A program made the position numbers and the translations under genes. Below are positions 1 to 14,100 of a stretch of DNA of 64,000 bases, piece by piece (the stretch's first letter is position 1; the number at the start of each line of letters is the position of its first letter). Location: assembly GCA_051362555.1 (NCBI GenBank), contig CM120640.1, forward strand, positions 69,976,788 to 70,040,787. The letters run 5' to 3'. The notes under the pieces were generated by a model, which was not told where the DNA came from, did not search any database, and saw nothing but the letters and a program-made list of their open reading frames with translations. Origin of the DNA: Lingula anatina. Taxonomy: Eukaryota; Animalia; Brachiopoda.

Positions 1-18
1 TACAATACCATTTCCGTT

Positions 19-21
<3 letters not shown>

Positions 22-52
<31 letters not shown>
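22..52. repeat. (CA)n microsatellite
   Basis: Direct reading. Confidence 0.9.
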
Positions 53-55
<3 letters not shown>

Positions 56-2914
56 CACGCATGCATGTGCCTGTCCACATATAGAAACATGCATTATGAT
101 ATATGCAGTGTACCCGTGACTTCGCATAACAATGCACCAAACTATAACTACATGCACACTTCCAATTTACTTTAAACACTACCACAAAAAAATTTTTTTT
201 GAATCACCTGTATATGATCTGGACACCAAATAGCAAACATATTTCTGTTAACAGGGACCATCTCAGTTGCTAAACCCCTTTTCTATAATATTTTATCTGG
301 TGAAATAAAAAATATACTCAAAATATGCCAGACTGCAGCAAAACAACTGTATTTCACACAGGAATTCTATCAGCCAGTACAACTGGTTCTTCTGATATCT
401 TTGAAAGGAAACCACACTGAAACTGTATACCACCAGCCTTCTAGAAAGCATTTTATGAACTTAATATCTATATCAACTTCAATCACCATTCCTCATTTTT
501 TTCTCATTATCAAAGCAATTTATAGAGCTTTTTGTCATTTTAAATTTAATTTTCATGTGAATAGTACCTTTTGTAAATTTGTAAATAAAGGGGTTTGTCA
601 CAAAGATCCTAAAATACATACCATGCACTCTATACTAATCTCTATCAGTTCAAGTAGTTGGATAAATGTATCCTGGCAGAAACTATTCATGTTTCATATT
701 GCAACATATGACAAGACAGTCAGATTTAATAAAGTAACCATACATCACAAAGAGAGACAGAGGCAAGTCCATATTTGAACTAAAATACCCTGTCTATGAT
801 GACAAAAGTTTCAGGCATGTAAAATAAAATGTCTGTCCATTTTAATAAAAACAGCTGTACCGGCTTGTAGGCACTAATTTATTAACCATCTGACCTCCAT
901 CATCACTGGTGTCAATTTAATTATAAATCAATTCATGGGCCACGACCTCTTAATTCAAAGAGATTACATAAATATTCCACACTGATATTTTTGGACAACT
1001 AAGGAGCGTGGTTTTAATCATGTAGCTAATATGAAGACACGGAATCTGCAGACCTGTTTTTACAGTAATACAGGAATATGTTTTGGAATATATCTGTCAT
1101 TCTTATGGGCCTAAACACTTGTTTTTATTTAGAAACTACATCAAATTTTAATTGTATGATAAAACTTGGTGTCTCCATATCTGGCAATACTAATAACAAA
1201 GTAGACAACAAAGAACTAGAACTCCATACACGTCACCTCCAGATGTTTACCATGGTAAGGTACTCTCCAACCACAGAGGCTGGGAGGTGGCCTGATTAAC
1301 AAAATGGCCACACCTGTCTCTGGCTCCATTATCCATATCCACACTATTCAGGTATTCAGCGAGCAGGAAACCACAAATATGATGACAGCACTACTGAATT
1401 TCCTAAGGCATTTTTTTTCCACAACTCATTAACAAACTGTTGCCTCTGGTTCTGCTCTAGCTCCCTGTGACTAGCACTAATGGTTTACCTCTCTACTCCT
1501 AGTCTTTGTTATACCTGGCTGCTTTCAAAATCCTATGTTATCACTTAAATCTGTAAAATTATCACACTATATGTCCTTCATCTTTTTATCTGAAATCCTT
1601 TTTATAACTGAATTCCTTCAAAACCTTCTACCTTATCTTCTTTACAAAACTGTTTTGATTTATGCAAGGAGTTATAATCTGTTATAACTCCTTGATTTAT
1701 GGATTTATTCATGCAGTAAAAAATACCCATATCACAAATCTATATTATTCAATTTATCTAGCACTCTAATTAATATGTGCCAGAATAAAATGGGACAAAT
1801 ATAAAAAAGAATGAGAGCAACAAAACTGTCAGCTTAATCCCACTGCATGAACTCAGAGGACATTCAGAGCATGTTGATCGGCAGACTAACAGATCTGCGG
1901 ACTTAATATGGCCTTGCTTTCCCAAGTCATGCAATCATTTTCAGGTAACACACAAAATATACCAGTTTTACAGAAAAACAACCAGATAATTTTTTTTCTT
2001 TTTTTTTTTTTTTTCTTGACCATTTTCTAGGCACTTGAAGAAAACATGTTAATGTTATGTATGTTTGCATTTTTCTCAATGTCTGAAGTCTCTTTTGTGC
2101 CGTTTACACACAGAATCATCAATGTTTTTTAGTATGAACTTTGATTGGATGGAGACAATGAAAATAATGGGCATGAAATCATCAACTTTTCTACTTTATA
2201 CTACCACAAATGCATGAAGACTTTTTTAATCTACTTCGAAATGAATGAACTTCAGTTAAATCCTTTGTTCCTTTCTGCGTTTTCTTTGTACCCACAAAAA
2301 CCACAGGATTTCCATAGGATAACAGATTAAATGCCATCTGCCTTGATAACAATATAATAAATTGGTAATGTGTTTCACAGCTAACACTGGAAGTCAACAA
2401 AGAACTACAAGTTATGTACAGGTCATCAGTTTCATGCAACATTCGCTTTCATGTCTTGATTTAAAATGGAGTGTTCTTTTACTCCACACAACTCTGCAAT
2501 ACTCAGCCACAACATCACAATACACCACAATTCTGCATAAAATAGAGATCAACAGTTTTTTTTTCTGTCATGAAATATCTAGTGTTTGCACTCAAGGCAA
2601 TGGTTTATTACATATATAATAATCAAGTGCCACTTTACACTTAGAGTTCAAATATGCCCTTGTTAATAAACTAAAACCTACACTAGCTTCATATATATAT
2701 TCCCCACATTTTTAAGTAATATTTCCACTTGTTACTGTAAATTACATATATATTATGTATATAATGTAACTATGAAACATGTAATTGCATTTACGCTTGT
2801 AAGCCTGATATCACATAAGTGTGATAATATGTCTAGATATATATTACATGTATGTATAACACAAGTAGTTTAGAGGGCCTGTAAAATGTACTGAAATATT
2901 TTAGTGCTCAATAA

Positions 2915-2915
<1 letters not shown>

Positions 2916-2964
<49 letters not shown>
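2916..2964. repeat. (ATT)n microsatellite
   Basis: Direct reading. Confidence 0.9.
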
Positions 2965-2965
<1 letters not shown>

Positions 2966-3658
2966 ACACAAGATTTTGACATATAATGGCATGCAAATAT
3001 CAAATAACAGAACTGTTCAGACCACTAATACACCCCCTTGGTACTGACACCCTCATATACACCATGCTATTATCTGAACACAGCTAGGAACACCCACATC
3101 ACAGCGTGTTACAAGAGTTCCCACTTTTGATACGCCCCCTAGCACTGTAACCCTAACCTCAACTCAGTCCAGACTCCATCCACTGGCAGTCTGCCAACCA
3201 GCCACCTGGCCAGACGTTGACCAACTGACCCCTACATTTGACCTCTCTACTCTCCAGTCTCTTCAGTACACAAACCATCTACATTAGTATCTACATAGAT
3301 GCTAATTCCCTGTGGTATTTACTCACCTGAGCTCCACAGTGGTATATATCAATACATATGTCAGGTTTCATTAAGTGATTCCACCCTACTCAGTGCAAGG
3401 ACCTGCGTATTAAGAAAAATCTAGGATCTCCTTCTTTAAGACCAAAAGTGGCAGGCTATTTTAATGGAGGATAAATCTGTACTACAGTAGCTGTATATAT
3501 GGCCTATATTAACCTAACTTGCCTACAGCTGGACAGGCCTGCCAAAGCCTTGTAAGTGACATACTACTGATTTTTCATGGGTGAAAGTAAACATCTCCTT
3601 CCAGCGTTTAAGTTGAGATGAACAATATAAGTTCTATGGTCAATTTGGGGAACTTGCA

Positions 3659-3868
3659 CCCCATTTCCATAGATTAGATCGACCTACTTTAGATCGACCT
3701 AACTCCCTGGGGGTTCACGCTAAATAGCTGTCAGCCGGGCGGACACGAAAGTTAATTACCCACTTACAGCTTGTAGTAGGCGGGACGGACATTTAAGTCG
3801 GATTATCTGAAAGTAATCTAGTGAGACTCCCTGCGGGGATAGATCGATCTAAAATCTATGGGAATAGA
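3659..3868 (+). mobile_element. MITE family A, copy 1 (about 200 bp)
   Basis: Terminal inverted repeats TTCCATAGATT...AATCTATGGGAA; internal sequence shared with copies at about 38950 and 47817. Confidence 0.8.
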
Positions 3869-4342
3869 GCCTTGGATCACAGTTCAAACCAACAGTTGAT
3901 CCATGTTGCAAAATCAGAGTGAACCAACATCTAGTTTTTAAAGAGACCCAAACTTTATTAGGCTTCCTATCTTGGCTAAAACTAAGAGAGCAATTTCTTC
4001 ATGACTGATTTCTCTACATGATAAAACACAATATCAGGTAGGGTCTCTTCTAAAGCTAAAAAGTGTCCCCAGTAAAGAAAAAGCTAACCTTTCTACTATT
4101 ACATAAAGAAATTTCATGCCTCATGTTGACCAAGATAGTCTGAACTGGTGTTCAACTGGACAGCCACTGTTTTTCTATTCACAGAGAAATAACATGACTT
4201 GTTTTATGCAGAAATATTACTGCACATGACACTTGCAATTTTCAACATTTTATCATCTTGTATCATGGTGTGTCTAGGACGTCATGCATGTAATGCTACT
4301 GATGGGATTTTAAGGCAGTGGCATTTGTTGTATCCTTGAAAT

Positions 4343-5272
4343 GACCCAGAATACCCTACCAGTTCATGGCCACTCAGGGCCCAGAAAACCCTACAAGTTC
4401 ATGGCCACTGGGGGCCCAGAAAACCCTACCAGTTCATGGACACTTAAGATCCAGAAAACCCTACTAGTTCATGGCCATTTAGGGTCTAGAAAACCCTTCC
4501 AGTTCATGGCCACCTAGGATCCAGAAAACCCTACTAGTTCATGGCCATTTAGGGTCTAGAAAACCCTTCCAGTTCATGGCCACTTAGGATCCAGAAAACC
4601 CTACTAGTTCATGGCCATTTAGGTTCTAGAAAACCCTTCCAGTCCAGTTCATGGCCATTTAGGGTCTAGAAAACCCTTCCAGTTCATGGCCACTTAGGAC
4701 CCAGAAAACCCTACCAGTTCATGGCCACTTAAGATCCAGAAAACCCTACTAGTTCATGGCCATTTAGGGTCTAGAAAACCCTTCCAGTTCATGGCCACCT
4801 AGGATACAGAAAACCCTACTAGTTCATGGCCATTTAGGGTCTAGAAAACCCTTCCAGTCCATGGCCAAAAAAAGTTTGTGGCCATTCTGAACCCAGAAAA
4901 TCCTACCAGTTCATAGCCACTCAGGGTTCAGAAAGCAATACCAATCCATGGCCACTCAGGGCCTAGAAAACCCTACCAGTTCATGGTCACTCAGGGCCTT
5001 TAAAACCACACCAGTCCATGGCCACTCGGGGCCTAGAAAACCTTACCAGTTCATGGCCACTCAGGGCCTAGAAAACCATACCAGTTCATGGCCACTAAGG
5101 GCCTAGAAAACCATACCAGTTCATGGCCACTAAGGGCCTTAAAAACTACACCAGTTCATGGCCACTCAGGGTTCAGAAAACTCTAGCAGTTCATGGCCAC
5201 TTAGGACCCATAAAACCTTACCAGTTCATGGCCACTCAGGGCCCAGAAATTCCTTACCAGTTTGTTGCCACT
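4343..5272. repeat. 35-bp minisatellite, about 26 copies, with an alternating dimer in the middle
   Basis: AGTTCATGG recurs at 4361, 4396, 4431 and onward; unit is approximately CCAGAAAACCCTACCAGTTCATGGCCACTCAGGGC. Confidence 0.95.
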
Positions 5273-7119
5273 GAAAATAATGTGCTAATAATAATGTTAC
5301 TCGTGTGACATCATGAAAAGAAGAAAACACGTAAGGCTGCCTTCTCTTTGTGTCAGTGTGTATATTACATCATTTTGATGGTCAATTTCCCCAGTTTTCA
5401 CACAGTACTCTATTGTAAGTTATGTGATTATAGACATATTTACTGTAAGCAAAAAAACACTGCCAGGGTGACCAAGTACAATTTATACTAGAGAAACAAT
5501 GCAGTGCAATACGGTATACCACAGAGAATTAAATTAATTTATTCTGAACAGAAGTAATATGAATTTTCTCACTGGTTTCACAGAATTTCTAATGCTAAGT
5601 TAACTGGCTTTTTGTTTCACACACACGGCCAATACCACACACTTACTTGGAAAGACATTCCACAATATGGGAAAGTAAAAAAAAGTCAAGTACAAAATGA
5701 TGTTCAGTTTCACCTGTGATATTAAAATAGTATATTTATAAACACCTTTAATAATATACCTTTCTGTATAGTAATATTCCAAGTTAGCATGTCATACATG
5801 TATACTGTTATGCTTAGCAAAATACACTATTCTATTAAAAATATTCTCAGAGTATTTTCATATATTTCTCCTTAACTACCCATTTATCCTATATTAAAAA
5901 AAGAGAAAAGTGCTTAAAATCATGACAGAGCTGAGGTATCCAGATAAAAGGTGAAAATATGGAAGGTGAGAAAATCAGACACAGAAAAAAGCAGTTGGTG
6001 ACCAGTAGAGATTTTCCCCCAGCGGTGGCTGCCGCCAGGTTGTGATATATGTCCACACACACAGACATACAAGGCGTCTGGACTCATCACTGCCTGCATA
6101 CAACTACTGGAGGACAGTGGATTGTTCACTAGGCTTGTTCACACAGTGACGACTTCAGATAGGAGTAAGAACTAACTGATGTTCAACCAGGCTTATTGGG
6201 GAGGCAGCATGATGCGGCAAATAAAAAAAAACACATTAGATACAAAGCACATGTGCAGTTTGGCTTCTTTTTGCAGTGACACAAACTTGCTCACTAAAAT
6301 TGGGCAATGACCCCACTGGCTTGGAGGTATGTGGTCCACAGTAGAAAGGCATTTTCATTAACTGGCATTAACAAGTTAGAAAAGTGCCACAGTGAATTGC
6401 CTGCATTACCTAGCAAGAAAATGTATGTTTGTCATTCACCTCTGTGCCCTCTGTGCACTCTGTTGACACCATGCTAGTGGTAGAGATGTGGTAAAGCAGG
6501 CCAATGTATCTTAATCTGCTGAGAGCTAGGCTAACCTCACAGAAGAAACTCTTAACAGAAATTAGTATGCCAGTGATTGATGAATGGCCAGGCACAGTGC
6601 CTTTTTTGTTCTCTTTCCTTAATTTTTGAAATGCCTGATGAAAGCATCTGTAGATCAATTCACTCACGCCATTAGTTTATGTCTTTATAATTACAGAGAA
6701 ATAGAAAGATGGATTAAAATAATGAGGACATCAAAATCCATTTAAACACACTCCCAGGTGGAGCAGTATTTGAAACTGGAAATTCTCTTTATATTCCATA
6801 AATGGCGTCTTTTATAACACAATGTATCTCCACCACAAAACTCACTGTGAAAATTCATTGAGAGCTGCCACTCTCCAATGTGGTTTATACTTCCCATATT
6901 TGTATATGATTAAAAAATGAATACAATGACAAAACCTTGGAAACCTCTGATCAAATATTCTGCCCAGCACAATATACATGTTAAGTAACAGTTTTGCCAG
7001 TACATACTGTGGTATTGACAGTACTGAAATAATGACAATATTTACATGAATGCTATATCATGTCTAGTGAATGAAATGTTTAGGTTATTACTACATTGTT
7101 TTAGTGATGATTTTTCTTA

Positions 7120-8147
7120 CAATACTGAAGAATGTTACAGTGTTGTAGCATTGTTGATGTACTTACATTGCTGTGGAATGTCACAGTGTTGTAGCATTGT
7201 TGTTGTAGCATTGTAAGTACATCAACAATGCTACAACACTGAAGCATTGTAAGTACATCAACAATGCTACAGTGTTGTAGCATTGTTGATGTACTTACAT
7301 TGCTGTGGAATGTCACAGTGTTGTAGCACTGTTGATGTACTTACAGTGCTGTGGAATGTTACAGTGTTGTAGCATTGTTGATGTACTTACATTGCTGTGG
7401 AATGTCACAGTGTTGTAGCACTATTGATGTACTTACATTGCTGTGGAATGTCACAGTGTTGTAGCATTGTTGATGTACTTACATTGCTGTGGAATGTCAC
7501 AGTGTTGTAGCATTGTTGATGTACTTACATTGCTGTGGAATGTCACAGTGTCGTAGCACTATTGATGTACTTACATTGCTGTGGAATGTCACAGTGTTGT
7601 AGCATTGTTGATGTACTTACAGTACTGAGGAATGTTACAGTGTTGGACCATTGTTGATGTACTTACAGTACTGAGGAATGTCACAGTGTTGTAGCATTGT
7701 TGATGTACTTACATTGCTGAGGAATGTCACAGTGTTGTAGCATTGTTGTTGTAGCATTGTAAGTACATCAACAATGCTACAACACTGAAGCATTGTAAGT
7801 ACATCAACAATGCTACAGTGTTGTAGCATTGTTGATGTACTTACAGTACTGTGGAATGTTACAGTATTGTGATATTATTGCTGTACTTACAGTACTGTGG
7901 AATGTTACAGTATTGTGATATTATTGCTGTACTTACAGTACTGTGGAATGTTACAGTATTGTGATATTATTGCTGTACTTACAGTACTGTGGAATGTTAC
8001 AGTATTGTGATATTATTGCTGTACTTACAGTACTGTGGAATGTTACAGTATTGTGATATTATTGCTGTACTTACAGTACTGTGGAATGTTACAGTATTGT
8101 GATATTATTGCTGTACTTACAGTACTGTGGAATGTTACAGTATTGCC
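7120..8147. repeat. 46-bp minisatellite derived from the AEBP2 exon end plus splice donor, with two short inverted segments
   Basis: Unit ACTTACAGTACTGTGGAATGTTACAGTATTGTGATATTATTGCTGT; the last unit overlaps the exon at 8121-8147. Confidence 0.95.
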
Positions 8148-11100
8148 AGCCCCCATTGTGTCCAGGTGGGTGTTCTGCTCCAGTTGATACAGTTGCTGCT
8201 TGATGCCAACCATGGAGCATGAATCAAAGAAATCTGCAGTTTTGACTGAAAAATAAATTCAAATAATTCACCGAACATTATCTTAACAAGTTGTACCGCA
8301 TGTGTAATTTCTGAAGTATTAAGCGTCTTGGTTATTTAAATGCCACTTTCTTTTCAGATCTTAAGCACAAGCGATAAAATTTAAATAAACACATCATTAG
8401 GTCGCAATTTTTAACCTACAAAACATAAAAAGACAAAATAATTTGCACCTCCTCTCCCCTTCAAAAAAAAAAAAAAAAAAGAAATTATTGTTTTAAAATT
8501 TAAAATACAACATGCTATGGAGTGCCGGATAAAAAATCCAAATTGTCAATCAAGTATCGGCTTTTTTCTAAGAATCTACCTGTACATTTCACCTGTATGC
8601 AGCGAGTTAAAGAGGCTTTATGAATATCAACCTTAATTGTCTGGACTCTAACTGATTAGTTTAGTTAGCATATCTGCTGGCTCAAATGGATTTTTGCAAT
8701 AATCATCCTACACTGATCAGGGTAAGGATTCCGACGTCCATATTGGGTTCTTGAAGCCTGAAGGTTATGAGGAGGGCAATGAGTGCAAACTGATGATTTT
8801 AGCTGTCGGTTCAGGTGATTTTTGCTGAGGATTCAGCTTCAGTGACCTCAGATGTTCCTATCTCGTATGGCTTTGTTCTTGATTGTCGTTAAGGACTGCT
8901 ATCCCCAACTGCCTGACTAGAATTTTCTCATATTTCACCCACAGGTGCTGGCCAGCAACCAGCACACGGAGCAGCCAGCTGCCTCTAAGGCAAATTTATT
9001 GAGAGAAAAAAATCTGTACTCATTCCCTCTTTCAGGGAATGGATGTCTGTCAGAAAATGTGTCTAAGGCCAAATGGTGAATATGTGTAAAATAGTTTCAA
9101 GTAGCTCTGTTTGAAATGAGGTTTATTTTTAAGATCGCATTCACGAGTTGAGCCATGGCTTTACAAATCCTGGAACTAAATATGGCGGACGTACATGAAA
9201 GAAAAACCGCCCAATCTTTTAATAGTCTCTTCACCTCTCACACGCCTCCCCATGCGTCATCCCTGCAGGGGTACAGTCATTAAATTTCGGCTCCATTGGG
9301 CCGACACATGGGGAGAAGAAACCGACAGGGCGCTTTAACATCTCAGTCAACAACCTCTGCTACATTTTCCACTTACTAACACTAACGATATCCCTGATCC
9401 AAATTCACTTTCTATGAATTGCATTTAGACCCCAACCAAGCAATAAATACTGCTTTAAATGTCAATATACATCTAAAATATATTGCTGTATACCAATTTT
9501 GCAATCACTTTATGCTTCACAAACTATTTCCTTTTATTCTAAGATGTTCACTAGGTATAAACACACATCATCTCTACCTGATGATTAACCCTGTCAATCC
9601 CTTGGTCTAAATACCCTGACCTTCAGATATGTTTTAATTAAATCCTAGGGGAAGGGCTATTCTCTTGCAGATGTCTGATAGTCGATCCCTATGTTGTTCT
9701 CAGAAAACTGTCTGCAGTTTCATAATAATGCAATCGGATTTTGTCTGGGAAATGATAAATTTACCTTTATATCAAATGCCTAGATTTATGACTTACTTCC
9801 AAAACGAGCACACAGAATCACACATACACGCAAACATGCATGCATGCATGCACTTATACACTGCCATGTGTACATGCACACAAACACAAGTGCACAATAA
9901 ATGGATGTTCCATTCATAACAGATAAATTTTGAATAAAGCAGCTGACACATAGCATATAGATCTTTCTTCACTGTTACCTGGTATTGTCTTTGCTGCAGC
10001 ACATTTATCAGAGTGGTCAAACAGCATGCATCTAGTGTCAGAGAGATATGAGGATTGGGTACTTACTAAACCACGGCCTTTTTCTCCGTGTCTTCTTCTT
10101 TTTCAACATTTTGGTAGGAGTGTTGTCGCTGGACCGAGGTGTTTTTGGCTGGCTAGGGGTTATGATGGTAAAATGACTATTTACATGGCGTTCTAGACCC
10201 GTCTGTGAAGTGAATCGCATTCCACATCCATCCACAATGCATTTGAAAGGCTTGTCTCCGCTGTGATGCAGTATATGCCTCTCCAGCCAATTGTATGAGC
10301 ATGAGGGCTTATTGAACACTTTGCACCCTTCCCACAGACAAACAAATCCGTCTTTATTTCTTTGGCTTTCTACGTGTTTTTCTCGTATATGCTCCATAAG
10401 GAATCGCCCCTCCAGAGTTTGACGACACTCCTTCCATTTACACAATGTTGTGGAGGTCTGTGATTTTGACGAGCCGGGAACCTCGGCGCTGGACTCTCCT
10501 CCGCCATTTGTTCCCTGGCTGGTTTCATCCTGAGAATTGTAGAAGGTATCCTGAGAGACCTCGTTGGACACAGACGCCTCGTTGGGCCCTGATATTGCAA
10601 CAGAGGTGGTGCTGGTTTTGAGACTGAGAGATGTGTTAGAATCATCCGTCATTGAAATCTCAGGCTGAAGTAACGGGTTACTACTGGTCCCACTTGGCGA
10701 TGGTATTGTGGATGGCGGTGACAATGGCGACGATGGAGAAGACCCTGCCAGGGCAGGGGTGCCACCACATTTACATACCATCATTTGTAGAGTATGGTTA
10801 TCGCTTGCTAACAGTTTGATTGGTACATCTATATCACAGCTGTCTGGGGTGGGGGGACCATTTATGACTTTCCTAAAAATGAAAATAACAAAATATTCAA
10901 TTCCCAAAAAATGAAATAATGATTTTCAAAGTAACAGATATATTTAACTGAACAATTTTCAGAATTGCTCTGTATTTCAATACACATGCGTGAATGTTAC
11001 TTATGATGAATATAGAACAATATTACTGTCGTATATAAAGAATTATTGAGGAACAGTGCTTATAATTATAGATCTATGGCAAATCCTACATGTAATTAGG

Positions 11101-14100
11101 CCAGCCATCGCCATCATTACAAGCCAAGGAGACATGCAGGCACCAAAGCATCAATCTACTTAGTACTCCTTAACTGAACAGCCATCTTCCCCACGTTGCC
11201 ACCATTCTTACTTATTTTACCTCAAATTATTTTATTTAAATGGCTAGTCAATAAAAAACTAAACCATATCATAACGAGCTGGTCATAACTAAATTGAGGT
11301 AACAGTTACACAACAGATCACATGTTATTAAACGTCAGCACCTCATCAATGTTAGGAGATTTGTGTTGGAATTACTACAATCTTAACTAAAGACAGAAAA
11401 GGCCGAAAATCAAATTATCATGGTTCATATCTCAAATCCTGGTAGAATATTTTATTCACAGAATTGCTTTTTTTTTTCTCTTAGATTCAACCTAAATCTG
11501 CCCTGGTTTTCCTCGAGGCACTTTTCCTGGTCGAGAGCACTGAGTCAACAACGTAACAAATAACTTCTCTGTCAGACAAATCGCAACAAGGGAAAACACG
11601 ACCTCAGTGACCCCTCCACATCCCCATTAATCTAGCTCCAACACATAAATAACACATAATTCTAGTTATTTTAAGGTAACTTCAGGACAAATGGCAGTGT
11701 TCTATGCAGTGTCCTCAGACTTAGGTACATATCTTCATGCATGTTCATGATTCACAGTCCTCAGCTCACCTCAGTATATACCAGCTTACCACTACAGATC
11801 ATAAATATATTTCTGCATCCTTTCACGTTAGAAAGGGCACCAGACATGCGGGCTTCTAGGAAAAAATGGCAGACCCCAAAAAAGATGAGGAAAAAAAGCC
11901 ACAAACAAAAATCAAAAGGAGAACACATTATCACCTTTCAAAAAATCTTCACATCAATGTTCTTCATAATGAATATATGGCAGATAAAAGAAACAGTACC
12001 AAGGGTGAAGGTTGGTGAAGTTTTACTCGATCCATTGTGTAAATATCTAATGCCAGGTATTGCTCAGGTCACGGCTAGTCTTCACTGTCTGGCATTGCGC
12101 CTAAATAAATGTAAACTGTATCAATAAGGAATCTCCACCTTGGCTTTCACCCTCCGGCTACGTCCGCGGACTACTGGGGTGAAGAAATTGATTTACCCCT
12201 GAATACAATCTATCCAGCACACAAAACGCCAAGAATAGCCTGTCTGGTTGCATTTCAGGCATATACTAAAAGTGATTTAAACTTGATTTTATGGCCTAGC
12301 ACTTACGATTTACGCTGTTCAGCACAATGAAGCCATCAAAACCACAAAATTAAAATGTAAGTTCGCCCTCTCACTGTTGCAGCGTGAATGTACAGCAGGT
12401 ACAAATGTTACACTAAGGCAATTCCTATTGAACAATAGGTATACTGTTTTTATACAATCTGGCCCTATTGATGAAGTAGAAATTCACAAACAAACAAACT
12501 GTGTGGTGTTTAGAAATCTTGATAAAAACAATAAATCAAATGAAGTGGGCAATGACCTTGCCTTCACATTATTTCAAAGTAAAGTTGGGGTACATAGTTT
12601 TTAACCATTACTCATGCAATTTCAATCAAATAATGTTCTGCTAAAACCAGAATAAATGTTTTAAATACAGCAAAAAAATAATTATTTTTCAATATTTCCA
12701 GGATAAGTAGTTTCCAGGTTTCTGTTCACATTTCACATATTCATTCATATGAAAGGTTTTTTAAAACTGAACAAATGGTTGACACACACATACATGCGCG
12801 CATGCATGCACACACACAAACAGATGTTTAGACACACACACACACACACACACACACACGAACCTGGCTGTAAGCCTGAACTGTTACAAAACATTCTGGA
12901 CATACTTGCTGGGGCCTCATTTATAAAATCAATGTTAATTTTTTTTAATCAATTCAAAAACTTATGTTCAATGAACTAAGCAATAATGTGATTTCTTTTA
13001 ATCGATTCAAAAACTTATGTTCAATGAACTAAGCAATAATGTGATTTCTTTTAATCGATTCAAAAACTTATGTTCAATAAACTAAGCAATAATGTGACTT
13101 TTTTAATCAATTCAAAAACTAATGATAAATATTTCCAAAGAAAATTATCTTATGTCTTCTGCTAGCGTGAGTGTTGTGTAAGTAGTGAAATGATAAGATT
13201 TCATTTCTATGATTTCCTACTCTTGATAAACAATTACTGCTATTCATGAGAGGACTTTCAATCACATCATACTTCAAATTATTATCTAATAGCTCTTTTG
13301 TCTTTAATTTTGCCAAGGAGAAAAAAAAACGAAAGCTATTTACAACATCAGACTCATAACTGAAATAGCTGGCAACACTGATATATACATCTTTCTGTTG
13401 TAAAAAAAAAAGTTAGAAAAATGGCTAGGTGACCTTACAACCAAGGGTCTGAGGTCTACATAAGGTTGGAAAAATGCCAACAAAAGATTGGATTTCCCCG
13501 ATTTAAATTTAAATAGTCCAATACTTATTACATCACTTGGCCTTCAGAAACATCTTAGTTTAAACATTTTCAAATCTACCCAGTGTTATCAGCAATTAAG
13601 CTTATTATGCTTTTAAAGAGTACAAAATTCAATTTGCCCCCCATTCCTTAGCTTTAAATTAAAATGCCCCACAGATCACAAGGGTCACCTCCTGCTTTGC
13701 CGTACACATACCCCATACACAATTATCCACCTCTACTGAAGAGATTTGACCATATTAAATATTTAGTGTACCTTATGAAACATTTATAGTATCTTATGAT
13801 ATTTTACATATGAAATATTTATTGCCGTTATAGTAAGTCCTTTTGAGCAAACTTTTTCAGGTTTGTTCAGTAGTTTTAAAAACATGTATTTACATACATA
13901 CCTCCACAGTATAACATAAACACTACTTGTACTTACATTAGATACACTTTAAAACCAGCCAGGAATTTTGAGCAGAACTATAAAACTACATTTATGTCAG
14001 AAAATATCACAAGGCATTTTGTACGTCTAACCAGTGAGGCACCTTTGAAGACTACATAGGTTCCTTTCCCAGCTAGCAGATTCTGTTTTTATTTTCCTTT

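Noticed and set aside
4343-5272. Regular 35-bp repeats resembling a CRISPR array
   Set aside because: There are no unique spacers or cas genes, and the context is eukaryotic and intron-rich.
1-7100. Expected final AEBP2 exons (VIA.R...LLHW.PED motif)
   Set aside because: I could not find them by eye; they probably lie beyond the left edge, so no coordinates are reported.
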